Shown here in pieces: positions 24,101-28,053 of a DNA stretch of 28,053 nt. This DNA comes from a virus. Taxonomy: Duplodnaviria > Caudoviricetes. The notes under the pieces were generated by a model. It saw nothing but the letters and a program-made list of their open reading frames with translations, was not told the DNA's origin and searched no databases. The stretch covers positions 1-28,053 of IMG/VR virus record IMGVR_UViG_3300007609_000073; one strand, written 5' to 3'. How positions within the stretch are numbered: position 1 is the stretch's first letter; each line of letters begins with the position of its first letter. A program made the position numbers and the translations under genes.

Positions 24101-25388
24101 CGAACTCGCCGATTTTGTCAGAGCTCCCGTCGACTGCACGCTGGATGTCATTGAACAAACGCAAGATAACACCACGAGCTTGCTCTGGTGGAATCGCCAG
24201 TGAGGACAGTGCTGTTGACAAACCGATGATTTGGCTTGCAGAATATCCAGCTGTAGTGGCGGCTCCAGCGATAGACTCTGCCATCTTTAGAATTTCTTTT
24301 TCAGTTGCTACAGCATTGAATCCAGCAAAAATAACTGCAGATGCTAGGTTTTCAAACTGATCACTAGGCACATTGGCAAGTGAGCTTAGTCGACCAAACT
24401 TTTCTGCAGTGTCATCAATTGTGTTGCCGGTAACAGCTGCGAATGCCGCAATCTGCTCAGTAAAGGCAGCAAGGTCTCCAGTTGCAATACCCATCTGAGC
24501 ACCAAGCGTTGCAATCTGGCTAATTTCGGCAAAGGTCACAGGGATCTGTGTGCTTAGATCGATTAACGCTTCACGAACTCTTTCAAATTCATCACTGCCA
24601 AGGTCTAAAGTTGCAGCTCTTTCAACCGCAGTAAATGCAGACTCATACTCTGCAAAAGAAACAACTGCTTGAGCGCTGGCTCTAGCAACTTGGATTGCTC
24701 CTGTTGCAATCTGCCTGTAAAGATTTGCCACGTCGTACAAAGCATAACGACCAGTAATCATCGCCTCTGTTTGATCACGGTTTGCTCTAGCAACTGCAGC
24801 AGCGGCTGTTCTTTGTTCTTTTACAAGTCGATTTTGTTCTCTCTGGCTTTGTATAAGCCCGTCCATTGTCGATTCTTGTTTCCGCAATGGGCCAAAGGCA
24901 AGCTTGCCTTCTTGCACATACTTTTGCTGAAGAGCAACTCGTTTTTGCTCTTGTATAACTTGCTTTTTAGTTTCGGCAGCTATACGGTTCTTCTGCTGTA
25001 TTACCTGCCTTTGAACTGAAGCTTGTTCTTTTTGCTGCCTTAGAATCTTTGCTTCTTGATTGGCAGGTAAGTTTTCTGGACCCAGCAAGGCCCTCTTTGG
25101 CTTTATAGCCGCTTGAGCTTGTTTTTGACCTTGAAGCCTAGCTTGGTTTTCCTGCTTGATGTTCTCCATTTCTTTACGATGGAGTGCTTCGAGAGCTTGC
25201 TCAGCTTGTTGTTGTGTGCCCTTTTGTTCTTTACGCTTTTTGCTCTCTGCAGACTTAGCGCCAGATGCACCTTCTACAGCTTTTTGACTTTTAGTCAGTT
25301 CCTGCAGTGCTTGATTGGCTTGTTCAACCTGCTGGATAAACTGACGAGCGTCCGCTGTGATTTTTGCGTGGAAACTCGCATTAGCCAT
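21186..25388 (-). CDS. Tape measure protein
   Basis: 1400 aa, Ala/Gln-rich; TP901-type core (YESAFTAV, IATLGAQMGI), TM stretch, C-terminal GPGGPTSDSIPTMLSNGEYVV. Confidence 0.95.
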   Translation of the reverse strand: MANASFHAKITADARQFIQQVEQANQALQELTKSQKAVEGASGAKSAESKKRKEQKGTQQQAEQALEALHRKEMENIKQENQARLQGQKQAQAAIKPKRALLGPENLPANQEAKILRQQKEQASVQRQVIQQKNRIAAETKKQVIQEQKRVALQQKYVQEGKLAFGPLRKQESTMDGLIQSQREQNRLVKEQRTAAAAVARANRDQTEAMITGRYALYDVANLYRQIATGAIQVARASAQAVVSFAEYESAFTAVERAATLDLGSDEFERVREALIDLSTQIPVTFAEISQIATLGAQMGIATGDLAAFTEQIAAFAAVTGNTIDDTAEKFGRLSSLANVPSDQFENLASAVIFAGFNAVATEKEILKMAESIAGAATTAGYSASQIIGLSTALSSLAIPPEQARGVILRLFNDIQRAVDGSSDKIGEFASVMGTTEEAARNLFRTNPEQFFSAFVGGLSEVDNLTAVLDNLGIVETREINVLQRLSGNMDVYTKSLRDANESYTEGTALSEAYADTADNLEAKVQRLINAFEALAATAGAGFGEFLKPIIEGLIAFVNQIENFAATDIGQFVIPIVTSLSAFIAIFAGVTFASKIATAQILALQVAMIKTGQGALTAMNPIAGLTNAIRGTLFATTSASGAMEFYTKKQLDNMVATKAMTAERRAEIIATNQATVATRGLTGAVGILGAAIAAITVIGLVSTLSSLGRTQVDLEAAAGGARTLSDAIKADTEAFRESGEAIALHNTKLDKTSSLSSGAASAASKIVNSQGDVKDAFDDSTQAIDDNTVALGENFARAIGQAVVNTEQFTEMFDSANEAGLRLGETLTSSDLDFGSLIEAAMQDPGSGALDTLREQVQEFLEVTPLDQLDALQQGAGTQQQQFYARLATLLFDVNTGRAVEIGALKRTADEQANANGATRRAIGLYLQQAIAIDGITEGNIAAFEAVQALTAGSQADTEANDDRAESIRGVGKALRDVTDYSKDIGGIFDRIMGIEFGEIEVQDDIADGWEKIAENAEKAEEAIRDANAEILELTADRDVLEYQLSVAQRYGDEQRAAVIRAKLAKIDNKLADENENLAEAQAESEMTLKGTSEAAKENRSALIGLVGEYGNLIQAAIESGMEGEELEGYIRSLKEEFMAQATEVGYSREELEKYEGIFDGFIKTVDKVDPRVDIEFDSNISAAEQALNEYEASLKSINGFVARTTIETKVPSVASQLRPIINGSDVRLFRMGLDRGLISLSDFYKAVYGVDYRTFRTITGQIRGSGSSAGEAPVRFAAGGYVGSMENGGRVRGPGGPTSDSIPTMLSNGEYVVQASAVRSYGVDFMNALNQQRLPMASMPSNATNGVAGGGSNIVYLSPQDRALLRQVADRPVNLYADNGKIAQSANAGNVMLSQRGLN

Positions 25389-25418
25389 ATTACCGCCTAA
25401 GGATACAGATTACTAGGT

Positions 25419-25850
25419 CTATTCTACCGCATCGCCCTGTGCTAAATTCTCGTAGAACGAACGACGACTGGGCATGTCAGAGTCGTCATAAGTGTAAGCC
25501 AGCACATACGGGTACTCTCCGTAACGCTTTTTCTTACTCTTGGACTTCTCTTCTTTTTCGTTCCACTTGTCAAGTTCCGCTTTAGCAAAGCACTTTGCAG
25601 TCTTTACCTTGAACCCGACATTGCTTGCTTCTTCGTTGCGACAGATCCAAATCGGATTACCGCATTCGTTACAGGTTTCATCCTGCAATATCTGGTAAGC
25701 CTCTAGTAATAAAAAGTCAAACTCGTTCCAAGGCTCACTTGGCTGTTCATGAAAAAGCATTGAGCAGGGCCTAACGTTGGCACTAATCGCAGCTTTGATC
25801 TTTACAACGTAGCCACGATTACCCGGCCACGTTAGGACTTCGGTAAAAAA
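25419..25850 (-). CDS. Tail assembly chaperone, -1 frameshift extension (gpT-like)
   Basis: The -1 frame is open from the slippery site T TTT TTA (25850-25844) into track ORF 25419..25760. Confidence 0.85.
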   Translation of the reverse strand, partial: FFTEVLTWPGNRGYVVKIKAAISANVRPCSMLFHEQPSEPWNEFDFLLLEAYQILQDETCNECGNPIWICRNEEASNVGFKVKTAKCFAKAELDKWNEKEEKSKSKKKRYGEYPYVLAYTYDDSDMPSRRSFYENLAQGDAVE

Positions 25851-26428
25851 CCTGCGTCTGTCAGCCCCTTAAAGTAGCCAGTTGCCAAAGTTAGCTTCTG
25901 CATTGTTGACACTAGCAAGCCCCATGAGTCACCGGGCAAGTTGTTTCGCACAGTCAGCATGTCTTCGTACTCGTAGTGTGACTCGTCGACATTGCCATCT
26001 GCGTCTGTGACTCGCACAACGTTAGATGCAACCAGTGAAGTGACGTAGAACTTGAACCAGTCTGACCCATATTCTTCGTCATCTGACTTTGGCTTCTTGT
26101 AAAGCTGATCAGCTTTCTCTGTGATTCGCTCTACTTCGCCTTGACCAATTCCACGCATGTGGAAGGTCAGCTTTGACTTCTGCACACGGGTAGCAAGCTC
26201 ATTAGCTCTGGACTCTAGCTTTTTGTACTCTTCACCAGCTTCAGTCATTTCATTCATCTGATCTTCGATTTCGATCAGCTCAAATGCTGCTTCAGCATCA
26301 GTGTAGACAGTTACGTCCTTAGTTGGGTAGCCTCTGCCTTTGATTACTTCAGCGAGATTGAATGTGCTTTGCTTCTGTGCATCCTTGACCATCTCAAGGG
26401 TTTCTTCAGTGAGTTTTTCTTCGCTCAT
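25832..26428 (-). CDS. Tail assembly chaperone (gpG-like)
   Basis: Between major tail and tape measure genes; ends DAGFLPKS across the slippery site. Confidence 0.88.
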   Translation of the reverse strand: MSEEKLTEETLEMVKDAQKQSTFNLAEVIKGRGYPTKDVTVYTDAEAAFELIEIEDQMNEMTEAGEEYKKLESRANELATRVQKSKLTFHMRGIGQGEVERITEKADQLYKKPKSDDEEYGSDWFKFYVTSLVASNVVRVTDADGNVDESHYEYEDMLTVRNNLPGDSWGLLVSTMQKLTLATGYFKGLTDAGFLPKS

Positions 26429-26460
26429 TATCTTTTGCCGTTCTCACCCGTTACTTAGAA

Positions 26461-26499
26461 GCCCCAGCTAGGCGAACGGGCGCAAAACCTAGCTGGGGC
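26461..26499 (-). terminator. Strong hairpin after the major tail gene (attenuator/terminator or pseudoknot)
   Basis: Perfect 12-bp stem GCCCCAGCTAGG/CCTAGCTGGGGC, 15-nt loop, weak U-tract (TTCT). Confidence 0.6.
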
Positions 26500-26508
26500 C
26501 GTCTATAG

Positions 26509-27591
26509 TTACGCTACTGTGTCTACCTGCACGTTGACTTTACCCTGAGGTGCGAAGTTCACCATGAACTTTACGCTGTCTTCACCCTCGGTGTCATCCA
26601 TGAAAGCGTCAGCAATGAACTTGAATGCTGATACTGTCTGGGTTGCAGCTAGTGCTGTAGTTGCTGGAACGTTGCATCGCATAACCAAGAATCCGTTTGG
26701 ACGGGTTCCATCGGTCGATGCCTTGAACGCCTCGTAAGCCTCGTAGTAAGCACCAGTTGATTCTGATGTGATACCACGGAACATTGTTAGGTTTCCAGTA
26801 AACTGTGCGAATCCACGGCTCTCAACCTGAGTGGTGTCTAGGATGGAGCGGTCTTCGATACGGTTTGAATCCTGTGAACCCAAGTCGAATCCGTCGAAAG
26901 CAATTGCTTCGGTCAAATCAACTGATCCAGTTGCCTCGATGTCTGCAACCTTTGGAGCTGCTAGGAAGTCATCTTCGGTTCCGGTTACGTTGTCTAGTGG
27001 GACCCAGTAAACCTTGATCTTACCGTTTGAGGTTGACTTGGTTCCGACAATGCTCTTTAGCTCTGGACCAGATCCAGCGGTTCCTGCAGGCACTGCATAG
27101 TTGATTGTAATTTTTCCTGTGACCAAGAAACGTGCACCAAGGCGGATCATTTCTCCATCGCCAACAATGTCGATTGGGAAGTCAGTGCGAACACCGTAAA
27201 CGCTGATCTCCTGACCTTCTGCGAAGGCTGCATCGTGTGCATAACCAATACGCTTGATTAGGAAGTACTCAACGTCTGCAGCCTTGAACAAGTCGTATGC
27301 CTTGTTGTAAACAGAATCTGCAGCTAGGTTCTCGTCACGGAAGCAGTCCATGGAAGCTTCGTAGTTGAAGTAGGTTGGTGTCTGAACATCAGCGTTATCA
27401 ACAATGGCGAGTGAGTCGTCAGAGTCTGATTCGGTCTGGTTCAGTGTGTAGTCGTCGGTAACGGCTGGCGAAATGTTGAACACCTTAGTGGCATCCGTCA
27501 ACTCTTCAAGCGTTGGTGCGCTCCAGTCGGCGAAAGCATCGGCAGTAGCAACATAAATGCCAACGTTAGGGCGAAGCATCTTAGTAGCCAT
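26509..27591 (-). CDS. Major tail (tube) protein with two tandem tube domains
   Basis: Position; each half has AP[TK]xx[ED][LI]...[ND][IL][ST]xA[VI]...FR...AYxxFK...FL[IV]xR...G motifs. Confidence 0.88.
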   Translation of the reverse strand: MATKMLRPNVGIYVATADAFADWSAPTLEELTDATKVFNISPAVTDDYTLNQTESDSDDSLAIVDNADVQTPTYFNYEASMDCFRDENLAADSVYNKAYDLFKAADVEYFLIKRIGYAHDAAFAEGQEISVYGVRTDFPIDIVGDGEMIRLGARFLVTGKITINYAVPAGTAGSGPELKSIVGTKSTSNGKIKVYWVPLDNVTGTEDDFLAAPKVADIEATGSVDLTEAIAFDGFDLGSQDSNRIEDRSILDTTQVESRGFAQFTGNLTMFRGITSESTGAYYEAYEAFKASTDGTRPNGFLVMRCNVPATTALAATQTVSAFKFIADAFMDDTEGEDSVKFMVNFAPQGKVNVQVDTVA

Positions 27592-27595
27592 TTAT

Positions 27596-27805
27596 TTATT
27601 CCTCGTTAGTTTCGATATCGATTTCTGGAGCAGGCTGCTCCTCTTCTGTTTTTTCAGTCGCAAAGTACGACTTTTTTTCTTTCTTCGGAGCAGCCGAAGA
27701 AACTTTATTTAGCTCAACTAGATCGCCGCCAAGAACGGGGTGACCTACATAATGCTCTGGAACATTTACAATTTTGCCAGTTCTAATGTTCTTCACAAGA
27801 GGCAT
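27596..27805 (-). CDS. Small hypothetical virion-module protein
   Basis: 69 aa; SD GAAAGGA; TGKIVNVPEHYVGHPVLG. Confidence 0.8.
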   Translation of the reverse strand: MPLVKNIRTGKIVNVPEHYVGHPVLGGDLVELNKVSSAAPKKEKKSYFATEKTEEEQPAPEIDIETNEE

Positions 27806-27828
27806 TTGAGTCCTTTCAATACTACATA

Positions 27829-28053
27829 TTATGATATCACAGTGTTTACTGCGAAAGTAAAGCCAACCTCGCTTGCATAGCGAACTGGACGTGATCCAGT
27901 GTCGGGCACAATATAAGGTTTTCCGGTTGTTTCTGGGAACAAAGTACCAGCGTCTGTTGGCTGGAATCCTGTAAGCTTATCGACCACCAGATCAGCCACC
28001 TGACGAACTGTGCGTTCATTTGGACCCATGCACACACACTCAACGTAACTACG
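27829..28053 (-). CDS. Partial tail terminator/completion protein
   Basis: Frame open to the window edge; VVDKLTGFQP motif; upstream of the major tail gene. Confidence 0.7.
   Translation of the reverse strand, partial: RSYVECVCMGPNERTVRQVADLVVDKLTGFQPTDAGTLFPETTGKPYIVPDTGSRPVRYASEVGFTFAVNTVIS

Noticed and set aside
21407-25400. Plus-strand ORFs within the tape measure gene, and similar antisense ORFs in the helicase, primase, endolysin and tail genes
   Set aside because: Shadow frames of well-supported genes, without RBS or recognisable motifs.
1-28053. Integrase, DNA polymerase, reverse transcriptase/DGR, methyltransferase or alternative genetic code
   Set aside because: No such motifs seen. 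Genes are intact in the standard code with all three stops used. The rest of the genome is outside the window, so lifestyle cannot be determined.

Overview
This is a 28-kb segment of a tailed dsDNA phage (siphovirus-like). It probably infects a non-mycolate actinobacterium: it has two WhiB genes, a Microbacteriaceae-style SSB, an r1t-type holin, an M23 endolysin and no LysB in the visible lysis cassette. Layout: (i) 1-454, leftward small early genes; (ii) 455-1082, a control region with three sigmaA-type promoters, an origin-like repeat block and a self-contained hairpin transcript; (iii) 1083-6085, a chain of small, mostly acidic, translationally coupled early genes; (iv) 6048-15564, replication/recombination genes (SNF2-like helicase, 2x WhiB, PD-(D/E)XK exonuclease, AAA ATPase, DUF669 SSB-like protein, primase-helicase, HTH, RuvC-like, a mosaic 384-aa protein, DEDD exonuclease); (v) 15779-28053 on the minus strand, lysis cassette and tail genes, including a -1 frameshifted chaperone pair and an internally duplicated major tail protein. 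The most interesting signals are non-coding. The best is a ~58-nt candidate small RNA with its own promoter and terminator whose loop is complementary to the Shine-Dalgarno sequences of the first gene of both divergent early operons. Others are an H-type pseudoknot abutting a D-stem-less tRNA-like element upstream of the primase, a hairpin whose loop can pair with the tail-chaperone start region, and strong, partly position-dependent restriction-site avoidance. All calls come from reading motifs by eye; no searches or folding programs were run.
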